Source of the DNA: Pseudomonadota bacterium
GTDB lineage: Bacteria > Pseudomonadota > Alphaproteobacteria > MPNO01 > UBA2964
Direction: 5' to 3'
Length of the DNA: 64,000 nucleotides
NCBI GenBank assembly: GCA_036339375.1
Contig: JAYZBC010000051.1
Location: forward strand, 11,796-75,795
Of this stretch, positions 9,006-18,224 are shown one piece after another (position 1 is the stretch's first letter; every line of letters starts with the position of its first letter). Position numbers and translations under genes: made by a program. Below the pieces are notes generated by a model. The model ran no database searches and was not told the DNA's origin. It saw only the letters and a program-made list of their open reading frames with translations.

Positions 9006-9979
9006 TTAACCGTCAAGTGGGTCGGCTGTTCCACCAACCAATTGAGGCCAGTCTCCTTCAGCTACTGGAATGCCAGTTTCATCTCGACGTACCATCCATG
9101 GCCTTGAAGCATTCTCCGGAATAGTATTGTGATTTAGCGTCTTCCAGTTGGAGCTTATAAAATCGGGTTCGACCCCTGTCTCCGCCAAACCCCCAGCTGG
9201 ATCCCAAAAATACCAGAACCAGCCTGATCCAAAGTAATGTCGGCCTGGACCGAGCTGACTTTTCCACCCCTTTTTCTTCATATTGGTTACACAACGTAGA
9301 ACCTCATCGAAGTCCTGCACTTCAATATACCATGTGTTGAAAACCAAAATTGTTGTCTCTGTTTTCGAGAAATAAATTGTGATGGTCATTAGATGCTCCG
9401 CACCGCATAAAAATTTTGACCCTTTTATGGACTCTGTCAGCCTAAAACCGCGCCTTTCCAAATCGAAATTTGCGTATTTTTGCGTATTACCTGGAGCCCA
9501 ATAAACAACGTGAAACATGCGCTGTTGAATTACTTTTTTTCGTGCAAAAACGTCAGCCCTTTTATTCACTCTGGAGCCATTTCCAACGGTATTAGAGTTT
9601 GGGAACACTAATGGTTTAATTTCTCGAGAGGTTATTCCGAACCCGATACGATAACCAAGATCATCAAAACTATGTAAACCACCCTCAACATCAACAGTCA
9701 CTTCCCTATCTTTGGAAAGTTCTGTGCCAATTAATTCCAGGGTATCCCTATCTTGCACGCCTCAAATTACTTCACGTGCAGTTGGGCCAATAACAGAAGC
9801 TGGTGGAAGAGTTGTATCACTGGATCCAAAAATTGGGCTGTTGTATTATCGGGGAGTTTAAATTTGGCGCCTGAATTTCCTTTTTCAACTAACTCAAGGC
9901 CCCAGTCTTCTTGAAATCTGATCGCCTTTTTTATGTCATCGGCACCATAAATTACCGATTCTTAACCGATAATATTCAT
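9006..9979 (-). pseudogene. Decayed two-domain VOC / extradiol-dioxygenase-like gene
   Basis: ATG at 9979 (MNIIG*ESVIYGADD). Lesions: TAA at 9962-9964; frameshift near the A5 run at 9828-9832; TGA at 9762-9764 in a usual Trp position (GPTAREVI*GV); two compensating frameshifts (~9410 and ~9324) hiding FMRCGASNDHHNLFL...FQHM. The C-terminal GPGRHYFGSGWFWYFWDP is intact. Confidence 0.8.
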
Positions 9980-9991
9980 TTTTTATCCCCT

Positions 9992-11149
9992 TTAGGTGTT
10001 GCGGTACTTTTTGACTTTTTCTTCATCCACCTCGATACCAAATCCTGGACCCTCAGGTACAACAATGCATCCGTCTACCATTTGAAAGGCCTCTGAAATC
10101 AAATCATCATTATAATAAATTCCGCCCACCTTCTCATTTTGTACTTCAGCCGGTGTTGATACCGGCACAACACATGACAATGTTACCGGTATCGCTGCAG
10201 CCGCTAAATGTATGTTGGCAAGATTTCCAACACCTGTTTCGACGGAACCGTTAACATTGCATAAGAATTTAGCTGCACGCGCAGTAGCTGCCACCTCCAT
10301 GGCCCCATAAAGTCCCCCCGGTTTGGTTGTATAAATAGAAACAATGTCAGCAGCTCGTCTTTCAAAAATTTCCAAAACATCTCTCGGTAACCAGGCACTT
10401 TCATCGGCCATAACAGGTGTTTCTAAATTTTGAGTAACCTCAGCCATTCTATCTATGCCCTCTACAGGTTGCTCAGCATATTTCAAACCAAAAGGCTCCA
10501 TTTTTCTAAGGATCTGAATTGCGTCTCGGGGAGTTGGGTATCCGCAATTTGCGTCAACACAAAGATCAATGCCCTCACCTACCGCCCTCCTAATTTGGCT
10601 AACGATCTCAATATCACGCTTTGGGTCAACTCCTACTTTGATCTTAATGGTATGAAAACCTTCCCCGACAACCTTTTTGCATTCCTCTACCGCGTCCTGA
10701 ATATCCAAAAGTCCTATTGAATGGGTAACAGGCACACGGTCCCTCACCTTACCACCCAACAGCTGCCAAACGGGCATGCCCAAAGTTCGCCCCGCCAAAT
10801 CATAAGCGGCTATATCAAGTGCGGCTTTTGCATAAGGATAACCTTTTACGGCAGCATCCATACGCTGATGCAAGTCGGCAATATTTCCGACCTCACAACC
10901 CTTTACCGCTGGTGCCAAGTAATTCTCCACAACAAACTTGGTTGTACCCGGGGATTCACCAAAATAACGGCCATAATCTCCACCCCAGTCTTTCAGGGCT
11001 GGAGCCTCTCCCCACCCCACGGCGTGGGTATCACTTTCCATACGGGCCAGTATGTAGCCACCGATTGATTCGGTTAAGCCTGTCCATTTGTGTTCGCGCC
11101 TTGTCGGCAAATTTACGTGAATTACCTCAATTTGTTTTATAGACGGCAT
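9992..11149 (-). CDS. Enolase-superfamily protein, muconate cycloisomerase-like
   Basis: KIKVG (KxK), DAN / EQP / DES metal ligands, IYTTKPGGL. Confidence 0.85.
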   Translation of the reverse strand: MPSIKQIEVIHVNLPTRREHKWTGLTESIGGYILARMESDTHAVGWGEAPALKDWGGDYGRYFGESPGTTKFVVENYLAPAVKGCEVGNIADLHQRMDAAVKGYPYAKAALDIAAYDLAGRTLGMPVWQLLGGKVRDRVPVTHSIGLLDIQDAVEECKKVVGEGFHTIKIKVGVDPKRDIEIVSQIRRAVGEGIDLCVDANCGYPTPRDAIQILRKMEPFGLKYAEQPVEGIDRMAEVTQNLETPVMADESAWLPRDVLEIFERRAADIVSIYTTKPGGLYGAMEVAATARAAKFLCNVNGSVETGVGNLANIHLAAAAIPVTLSCVVPVSTPAEVQNEKVGGIYYNDDLISEAFQMVDGCIVVPEGPGFGIEVDEEKVKKYRNT

Positions 11150-11326
11150 AAAATATCCTATTTATTGGTATAAATTTGGCTCATTATCACTAAAAACACC
11201 CAAAATAGAACTAACCCTAAAACCCATTTCAATTATAATTCGAATTGAATTTGAATTTTTCGCATTTAAATTCTAATGTGCAAAACATTTTTTACTAATC
11301 TTATAGAAAAGCAAGGAGAACTTTTA

Positions 11327-12835
11327 ATGGCCGACAATTCCACAGCTACAGCAAAACCAATCAGTAACATCCGCTGTGTCTTACCTTATAAAGATTTAAG
11401 GGAGTGGCTTGTAGAAGTGGAAAAATTAGGCGAGTTAGTGGTCACCAAAGGCCTTGATTCTCAAAAAGAAATTGGCATGGCTGCTGAAATGTTAATGCAC
11501 CCAGATGAGGCTCCTTGTGTGGTTTTTGATGAAATCCCAGGCTATGAAAAAGGGCATCGCGTCTTAGTCAATTTCTTTGCCGGCAAGCGAAAAAATATGA
11601 CACTTGGGTTTCCAACTGATCTCAATAAACTTGAACTCTCCGAGGCTTATTATGAGCATCAATTAAAAGGTTTAGAGCCAATTCCCTATAAAATTGTTGA
11701 AGACGGCCCGGTCCTAGAGAATATTCAGGAGGGAGAGCAAGTGGACGTAAACCGTTTTCCGGCTCCGCTTTGGCATGAAGCTGACGGCGGGCGGTATTTG
11801 GGAACGGGTTCTTATGACGTCACGATGGATCCGGACAACCATTCCCTAAATCTTGGTACCTATCGCGTTATGATCCACGACAAAAATCATGTCGGTTTTT
11901 ACATTTCACCCGGAAAACATGGTCGAGTGCACCGGGACAAATGGTTTGCCAAAGGCAAGCCTATGCCGGCCGTTGTGATTATTGGCGGGGACCCGATGAC
12001 ATTTTTGAACGGTTGTACAGAAATGCCTCCAGGTGTTTGCGAATATGACATTGTGGGAGCAATGCGCGGAAAGGCTCTTGAGGTCATTAAGGGGAAGCAT
12101 ACCGGAATTCCATTTCCAGCGGATGCGGAAATTGTGATTGAGGGATTTGTTGATCCTGACGATCAGCGAGACGAAGGCCCGTTTGGAGAGTGGACAGGAT
12201 ATTATGGCTCCGACATGCGACCTGAACCAACGATGGAAATTAAAGCCATCTATCATAGAAATAATCCAATAATTCTTGGTTGTCCGCCGCAAAGACCACC
12301 CGATGAAATGTGTCGTTACAGAGCCGTTACACGTTCCGCGATGTTGCGCGACAATATTGTCAAAGCTGGTGTCCCCGATGTGACAGCTGCTTGGGCACAC
12401 GAAGTAGGCAATGGTCGAATGTTAATCGGCGTTTCGATCAAACAACGCTACCCCGGACACGCCATGCAAACGGGACACGTGGCTGCAATGTGCCATGTTG
12501 GAGCATACGCGGGTAAGTATGTTTACGTGGTTGACGATGACATTGATGTTTCAGACCTTGAAGAATTGACTTGGGCCATGATCACACGTTCAGATCCGGC
12601 AACATCTATAGATATTATTCACAATGCCTGGTCAACACCCTTAGATCCACGGATTTCCCCGGAAGCTCGGAAAGCAGGAGATATGACGAATAGCCGGGCC
12701 ATAATTGATGCTTGTCGACCTTTCCACTGGAAAGATCAGTTTCCCGCTGTCAATGCACCAACTCCTGAAGAAGCCCGAATTGCAAAAGAAAGATTCGGTT
12801 ATTTATTAGAAGGGAAAAGTTCGCCGGAGGAATAA
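11327..12835 (+). CDS. UbiD-family prFMN-dependent (de)carboxylase
   Basis: Motifs DLREWL, NLGTYRVM, EGPFGEWTGYY, VVDDDID and IIDACRP. Start at ATG 11327 behind AGGAG. Confidence 0.92.
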   Translation: MADNSTATAKPISNIRCVLPYKDLREWLVEVEKLGELVVTKGLDSQKEIGMAAEMLMHPDEAPCVVFDEIPGYEKGHRVLVNFFAGKRKNMTLGFPTDLNKLELSEAYYEHQLKGLEPIPYKIVEDGPVLENIQEGEQVDVNRFPAPLWHEADGGRYLGTGSYDVTMDPDNHSLNLGTYRVMIHDKNHVGFYISPGKHGRVHRDKWFAKGKPMPAVVIIGGDPMTFLNGCTEMPPGVCEYDIVGAMRGKALEVIKGKHTGIPFPADAEIVIEGFVDPDDQRDEGPFGEWTGYYGSDMRPEPTMEIKAIYHRNNPIILGCPPQRPPDEMCRYRAVTRSAMLRDNIVKAGVPDVTAAWAHEVGNGRMLIGVSIKQRYPGHAMQTGHVAAMCHVGAYAGKYVYVVDDDIDVSDLEELTWAMITRSDPATSIDIIHNAWSTPLDPRISPEARKAGDMTNSRAIIDACRPFHWKDQFPAVNAPTPEEARIAKERFGYLLEGKSSPEE

Positions 12836-12923
12836 ATTCTTTAAAAAACCTTGGTACTCTGTGGACTTTACAAAAGTCCACAGAGTTTTGTTTTTGGTTT
12901 TTTACGTTAATGTATTGTTAGCC

Positions 12924-13766
12924 ATGTCACTTTATTTACAACCAGAAACAATAAAAGACGCTGTTGACGCTCTCTCAAAAACCGAATTAACAATTTTGGC
13001 GGGTGGCACAGATTTTTACCCTGCTCGCGTCGGCTTACCCCTTGATGACAATATAATTGACATTTCCCGGATACAGGAAATTAGGGGAATTACTGAATAT
13101 AACGATTGTTTTGAAATTGGAGCCTTAACACGCTGGTCCGAAGTCATTCAGTCACCCCTTCCCGATTATTTTGATGGATTGAAACTCTCCGCAAAAGAAA
13201 TCGGCGGAATACAAATACAAAATGCGGGAACTGTTGTCGGAAATATTTGTAATGCATCGCCGGCAGCGGACGGCATTCCCCCGTTGCTTACTCTTAATGC
13301 CGAAATTTTGCTCGCTTCAAAACGCGGCGAGCATGCGATGCCGATTTCCAAGTTTATTATGGGTAACCGGAAAATACGTCTTGCCAAGGACGAGATGGCG
13401 GTAGGTATAAGGATCTCAAAACCAATTCAGCCGGCGAAGTCAACGTTTTTAAAACTTGGGGCGCGCAAGTACCTCGTTATCTCCATCGTAATGGTTGCAG
13501 CTGTTTTAGAACGGGAGGGGAAAAACATCTGTGCGGCGCGGGTTGCCGTAGGCTCTTGTTCTTCTGTAGCTAAAAGAATGCATTTTTTGGAAAGAGCTCT
13601 AGCAGGAAAGCCGTTTTCACCAGGAATTTCTGCAACAGTTACCAAAGACCATTTAAATTTATTAGCACCGATTGATGATATCCGTGGAACTTCTGGCTAC
13701 CGTAATGATACGGCACTGACTCTCGTGCAACGTGCTTTAGAAACTTTGGTGGCACCCCATGACTAA
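12924..13766 (+). CDS. Molybdenum hydroxylase FAD-binding subunit (xanthine dehydrogenase family)
   Basis: LAGGTD, IGGIQIQNAGTVVGNICNASPAAD, FLKLGARKYL and PIDDIRGT. Start probably ATG 12924. Confidence 0.9.
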   Translation: MSLYLQPETIKDAVDALSKTELTILAGGTDFYPARVGLPLDDNIIDISRIQEIRGITEYNDCFEIGALTRWSEVIQSPLPDYFDGLKLSAKEIGGIQIQNAGTVVGNICNASPAADGIPPLLTLNAEILLASKRGEHAMPISKFIMGNRKIRLAKDEMAVGIRISKPIQPAKSTFLKLGARKYLVISIVMVAAVLEREGKNICAARVAVGSCSSVAKRMHFLERALAGKPFSPGISATVTKDHLNLLAPIDDIRGTSGYRNDTALTLVQRALETLVAPHD

Positions 13767-16509
13767 TTTTACTTTTCATGTCAACGGGCACCGGGAAACT
13801 GTCAATACCGAACCAGTGGAACGCCTTTCTAACGTGCTCCGTAATCAGCTTAGATTGACTGGTACGAAAGTTGGTTGCGATGCCGGTGATTGCGGTGCCT
13901 GCACTGTTCTGATTGGTGGAAGACCGGTTTGTGCTTGCATGGTGCCGGCTGCACAAGCTGCTGAACAAGAAATCCTAACGGTTGAAGGTTTAACTGAAAA
14001 TGGAACCTTAAACTCGCTCCAAAAAGCCTTCCTCTATTTTGGGGCCGCGCAGTGCGGAATTTGTACCCCTGGGATGTTAATGACTGCCACCCATCTATTG
14101 GAAAATAACCCTAATCCCAAAACTGATGAAATTTGTAACGCTCTTGGTGGGGTACTTTGCAGGTGTACGGGGTACAGAAAAATTATAGAAGCCATTTTGC
14201 ACATCGATGATGTTGACAAGGCAAACATTGTTGAACCAAAGGCCAATATGGCGGTTGGGGCACGAGTTGTAAAAGTAGACGGACATGAAATTGTTTCTGG
14301 TAAAATGCAATATGGCGCAGACCAATCTCCTGAAAATGCTTTATGGTTAAGAGTTATCCGTTCCCCTCACTGGAATGCCGAATTTACGTTGGGAAATTTT
14401 GAACCAACGAAAAAAAAACATCCCGGGCTAGTTGATATATTAACTTCAGATGACGTTCCCGGTCTAAATGGATTTGGTATTTACCCAGATATGAAGGATC
14501 AACCCGTTTTGGCAAAAGCGAAAATACGTTATCGAGGAGAAGCCATCCTTGCATTGGTGGGCGACAATGAAACAGTAAACGGAATACGTGACGAAGAGTT
14601 GCCGGTGAAGTGGATAGCTGCACAACCGCTTCAGGGCTTCGAAGCCTCGCTTAAGGTAGGGGCACCACAACTTCACGATGACAAACCAGGTAATATACTA
14701 GCGGATGGGTATACAAGTAAGGGGAATACTGAACACGGGTTCCGAAATAGTGATGCGATTTCTGAAGATAATTTTGAAACTGGTTTTGTGGAACACGCTT
14801 ATATAGAGCCAGAAGCCGGATGGGCGAAACGAATTGGAGACCGATTAGAGATAACGGTTTCAACACAAACTCCTTATATGGACAGGGATGAAATTGCTTC
14901 AATTATCGGTATCCCATGTCAAAATGTTCGCGTCATTCCAACCGCTTGTGGGGGTGGTTTCGGAGGAAAGCTTGATATTTCCGTCCAGCCCCTTCTTGCA
15001 ATTGCCGCCTGGAAACTCAAAAAACCCGTGCGTTGTACCTATAACCGCATCGAATCTATGGCTTCTTCGACTAAACGACATCCTTCAAAAATCACTGGAC
15101 GTTATGGCTGCAGCCAGGAAGGGAAATTACAGGCTTACGAGTTTAATGGAATTTTTAATACTGGCGCCTATGTCTCATGGGGTTTAACTGTAAAAGACCG
15201 TGTTCCTATACATGCGACTGGCCCATATTTCGTGCCCAATATCATAGCAAAATCTCGTGCCATTTTTACGAATGAAACACCTGCTGGCGCATTTCGCGGC
15301 TTCGGTGTGCCGCAAGCTGCAATTGCGCATGAGGCTCTAATAGACATGCTCGCAGAAAAAATAAATATGGACCCACTTGAGTTTCGTTATCTAAATGTTA
15401 TTCGTAAAGGACAAGAGACGGCTACCGGACAAAAGCTTGAAAGTGCAGGCCTTGACCAATGTCTCGATGCTCTTCGTGAAGATTGGTATTTATGGCGTTC
15501 TGATTCCGAAAAACATAATTTAGGAAATGCTATTAAAAAGCGTGGTGTTGGTATTGGTTGCATGTGGTACGGTTGCGGCAATACTTCCCTGGCTAACCCA
15601 TCCACAATGCAGATTGGCATTTCCCCGGAAGGAAACGTCACCCTTTATTCAGGTGCCCAGGACATTGGTCAAGGAACCAACACAACTATGATGCAGGCTG
15701 CTGCTGACGGACTTGGAATAGCCATCAGGAATCTTAAATTAGTTTGGGGAGATACAGATAGGACCCCCGATTCAGGAAAAAGCTCTGCCTCAAGGCAAGC
15801 ATACGTTTCCGGAAATGCTGCTAAATTAGCGGGCGAGGATTTACGCCAGAAAATACTGCGTCTTGCCAACGTTAGTCAGAAAGCATCAATAAAATTTAGC
15901 AACAATCTATTACTCGTGCGAGATGGTGAGACTATCCACCAAATAGACCTTTTGTCTTTGCCTAAAGGTGAAAACGGAGATGTGTTGAAGGGTGAGGGAT
16001 TTTTCGATCCTATCACAGAACCGTTAGATGCAAACGGGCAGGGAAAACCTTACGGAACTTATGGATTTGCGGCCCAGATAGCAGAAATAGAGGTTGATCA
16101 AATGCTTGGGACTGTGAAAGTTTTGCGAATGTCAGCAGCGCACGATGTTGGTCGTGCCTTAAACCCCCAACAAGTAGAGGGGCAGATCCATGGGGGAATT
16201 GCGCAAGGGCTTGGTTTTGCATTAATGGAAGAATATATTCCGGGAAAAACAGAAAACCTACACGATTATTTGATACCTACTATGGGTGATATACCTGAAA
16301 TTAAAACTTATATAATAGAAGATAAAGAGCCCACCGGGCCATGGGGAGCAAAAGGAATAGGAGAACCAGCGCTTTGTGCGACAGCCCCCGCCATTTTTGG
16401 TGCTATTTACCATGCAACCGGTGTCCGTGTTCAGCGCACACCCTGCACGCCATCTCGATTGAGGCAATCTATTAACCAAATAAACGGAGACAAATTTGAT
16501 TCAATTTGA
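13759..16509 (+). CDS. Molybdenum hydroxylase with fused 2x[2Fe-2S] and molybdopterin domains; nicotinate-dehydrogenase-like
   Basis: GCDAGDCGACTV, QCGICTPG and CRCTGY Fe-S motifs; GGGFGGKLD, AFRGFGVPQ and GIGEP (catalytic Glu). Overlaps the FAD subunit gene (translational coupling). Confidence 0.92.
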   Translation: MTNFTFHVNGHRETVNTEPVERLSNVLRNQLRLTGTKVGCDAGDCGACTVLIGGRPVCACMVPAAQAAEQEILTVEGLTENGTLNSLQKAFLYFGAAQCGICTPGMLMTATHLLENNPNPKTDEICNALGGVLCRCTGYRKIIEAILHIDDVDKANIVEPKANMAVGARVVKVDGHEIVSGKMQYGADQSPENALWLRVIRSPHWNAEFTLGNFEPTKKKHPGLVDILTSDDVPGLNGFGIYPDMKDQPVLAKAKIRYRGEAILALVGDNETVNGIRDEELPVKWIAAQPLQGFEASLKVGAPQLHDDKPGNILADGYTSKGNTEHGFRNSDAISEDNFETGFVEHAYIEPEAGWAKRIGDRLEITVSTQTPYMDRDEIASIIGIPCQNVRVIPTACGGGFGGKLDISVQPLLAIAAWKLKKPVRCTYNRIESMASSTKRHPSKITGRYGCSQEGKLQAYEFNGIFNTGAYVSWGLTVKDRVPIHATGPYFVPNIIAKSRAIFTNETPAGAFRGFGVPQAAIAHEALIDMLAEKINMDPLEFRYLNVIRKGQETATGQKLESAGLDQCLDALREDWYLWRSDSEKHNLGNAIKKRGVGIGCMWYGCGNTSLANPSTMQIGISPEGNVTLYSGAQDIGQGTNTTMMQAAADGLGIAIRNLKLVWGDTDRTPDSGKSSASRQAYVSGNAAKLAGEDLRQKILRLANVSQKASIKFSNNLLLVRDGETIHQIDLLSLPKGENGDVLKGEGFFDPITEPLDANGQGKPYGTYGFAAQIAEIEVDQMLGTVKVLRMSAAHDVGRALNPQQVEGQIHGGIAQGLGFALMEEYIPGKTENLHDYLIPTMGDIPEIKTYIIEDKEPTGPWGAKGIGEPALCATAPAIFGAIYHATGVRVQRTPCTPSRLRQSINQINGDKFDSI

Positions 16510-16560
16510 AAAACTGTCATAAACGAAACCATTTCTTTGGAGCGAAAAAGTGAATTTACA

Positions 16561-17103
16561 ATGAAATATATTTATATACTTATGGCCTTCATCCTTTCCT
16601 CAAGCGGCCCGCCTAATATGGCAAAAGCACAGAACAAGGAAAATCACCATCAAGCTCATTCGCAAAAACCAAAACTTCATAAAAATCAAACCCATAACAT
16701 AATCATTGAAAGAATTTGGGCCAGAGCCTCTATTGGTAAAACTGGTGCTGCTTTTTTGACCATTCTTAATAAGGGGAAATCAGAAGATAAATTGATTAAG
16801 GTGATTTCCAAGATTGCAAACCGTGCAGAGCTTCATACTCATATTCAGGACGGCGACATCATGCGGATGCGCCACGTCAAACACGTACCTATCCCTCCCA
16901 ACGGTCTAACGATACTTAAACCCGGTGGATTTCATATAATGTTTATGGGCTTAAAACAAAAATTAACAAAAAGTGATCAATTTTTGCTTACCCTGGTTTT
17001 TGAAAAGGCGGGTAAAATACATACACAGGTCGCGGTAAAACATATGGGTGCGTTGAATGTAAAAGAGAAACACCACCATGGCGCGCATAAGGAAAAACAT
17101 TAA
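16561..17103 (+). CDS. Periplasmic copper chaperone PCu(A)C with His-rich termini
   Basis: Signal-peptide-like N-terminus from ATG 16561; ELHTH...MRM...PGGFHIMFM copper motif. Confidence 0.88.
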   Translation: MKYIYILMAFILSSSGPPNMAKAQNKENHHQAHSQKPKLHKNQTHNIIIERIWARASIGKTGAAFLTILNKGKSEDKLIKVISKIANRAELHTHIQDGDIMRMRHVKHVPIPPNGLTILKPGGFHIMFMGLKQKLTKSDQFLLTLVFEKAGKIHTQVAVKHMGALNVKEKHHHGAHKEKH

Positions 17104-17107
17104 ATTT

Positions 17108-18172
17108 TTATCTAGTTTTTATGGAGGTTATTAGAGCCTTACCAAAATCACTCGTGGTTGCCCTCCCGCCCAAATCAACAGTCCGCGTTTCAGTTTTGGC
17201 AAGTAGGCTGTCTACTTGTTTAGCAAGAAATATTCCAGCTTCACTGAATAATTTATTTGAAGTTTTATCGCCTAGATGTTCTAAAAGCATTGATGTTGAA
17301 TAGAGAATGCCAGTGGGATTAGCTATATTTTGACCCGCAATATCAGGAGCTGACCCATGTACAGCCTGGGCAATTACGTGTTTTTCGCCGGCATTAATAG
17401 ACGCTCCGATGCCAAGTCCACCGGACAATTCTGCCGCTTCATCAGATAGAATATCTCCAAACATATTAGTTGAAACTACAACATCAAATCGCTCCGGTGA
17501 ACGAACCAACAAAGCCGCCATAGCATCCACAATGACTGTATCTAGACTAACATCAGGATAATTGTTTGAAACCAACTTCACCTGTTCCAAAAACATACCG
17601 CTATAATGTTTTAAGACATTCGCTTTATGGACAGCTGTCAGATGTTTCCGCCGCCGTCCGGCAAGCTTAAATGCTGCGTGGGCTATTCTTCTGCAGCCTT
17701 TCACAGTAGCTTTTCCAATTGCTAATGCAACCTCCTCCGTGGGCATAAATTCACCACTCCCGAAAAACATATTCCGATCCGCATAAAATCCCTCGGTATT
17801 TTCGCGAACGATTACCAAATCCATAATGGTCGCTAGTGCAGGAACTCCTGAACGAACTCTGCTAGGCCGTATATTGGCATAAAGATCAAATTCCTTCCTA
17901 AACCAAGCAGAGGGATTGATTCCGCCTTGATCTTCAGATGGGTAGTCTTCTGTAGACACCGGACCAAGAATTACCCCATCTGCCGAATGTGCACTTTCAA
18001 CCACTGAATTCGGCAAGGTAGACCCACACACAGAAAGACTAGCCAAACCAATTTCTTTTTTTTCTAAAGAAAGAGAAAGCGCGAAACGTTGATTAAGAGT
18101 TTCAAGTGCTGAGGCAGCTACGGCAACAACTTCTGGCCCTATGCCATCGCCGGGTAAAATTAAAATTTTCAT
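17108..18172 (-). CDS. Isocitrate/isopropylmalate/tartrate dehydrogenase family beta-decarboxylating dehydrogenase
   Basis: PGDGIGPEV, LYANIRP, VRENTEGFY, NMFGDILSD and HGSAPDIAG. Confidence 0.92.
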   Translation of the reverse strand: MKILILPGDGIGPEVVAVAASALETLNQRFALSLSLEKKEIGLASLSVCGSTLPNSVVESAHSADGVILGPVSTEDYPSEDQGGINPSAWFRKEFDLYANIRPSRVRSGVPALATIMDLVIVRENTEGFYADRNMFFGSGEFMPTEEVALAIGKATVKGCRRIAHAAFKLAGRRRKHLTAVHKANVLKHYSGMFLEQVKLVSNNYPDVSLDTVIVDAMAALLVRSPERFDVVVSTNMFGDILSDEAAELSGGLGIGASINAGEKHVIAQAVHGSAPDIAGQNIANPTGILYSTSMLLEHLGDKTSNKLFSEAGIFLAKQVDSLLAKTETRTVDLGGRATTSDFGKALITSIKTR

Positions 18173-18224
18173 AGCTTACCTCAATCGACGATTAATAAAT
18201 ATTAAACAATCTCTGCAGCAAAAA

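Noticed and set aside
9762-9764. Alternative genetic code (UGA=Trp or Gly) or Sec suggested by TGA in the VOC gene
   Set aside because: Many intact genes here end in TGA and Trp is encoded by TGG. The same gene also has a TAA and frameshifts, and no SECIS follows.
13759-16509. Aerobic CO dehydrogenase (given the adjacent Cu chaperone)
   Set aside because: The active-site loop is AFRGFG, not AYxCSFR (form I) or AYRGAGR (form II).
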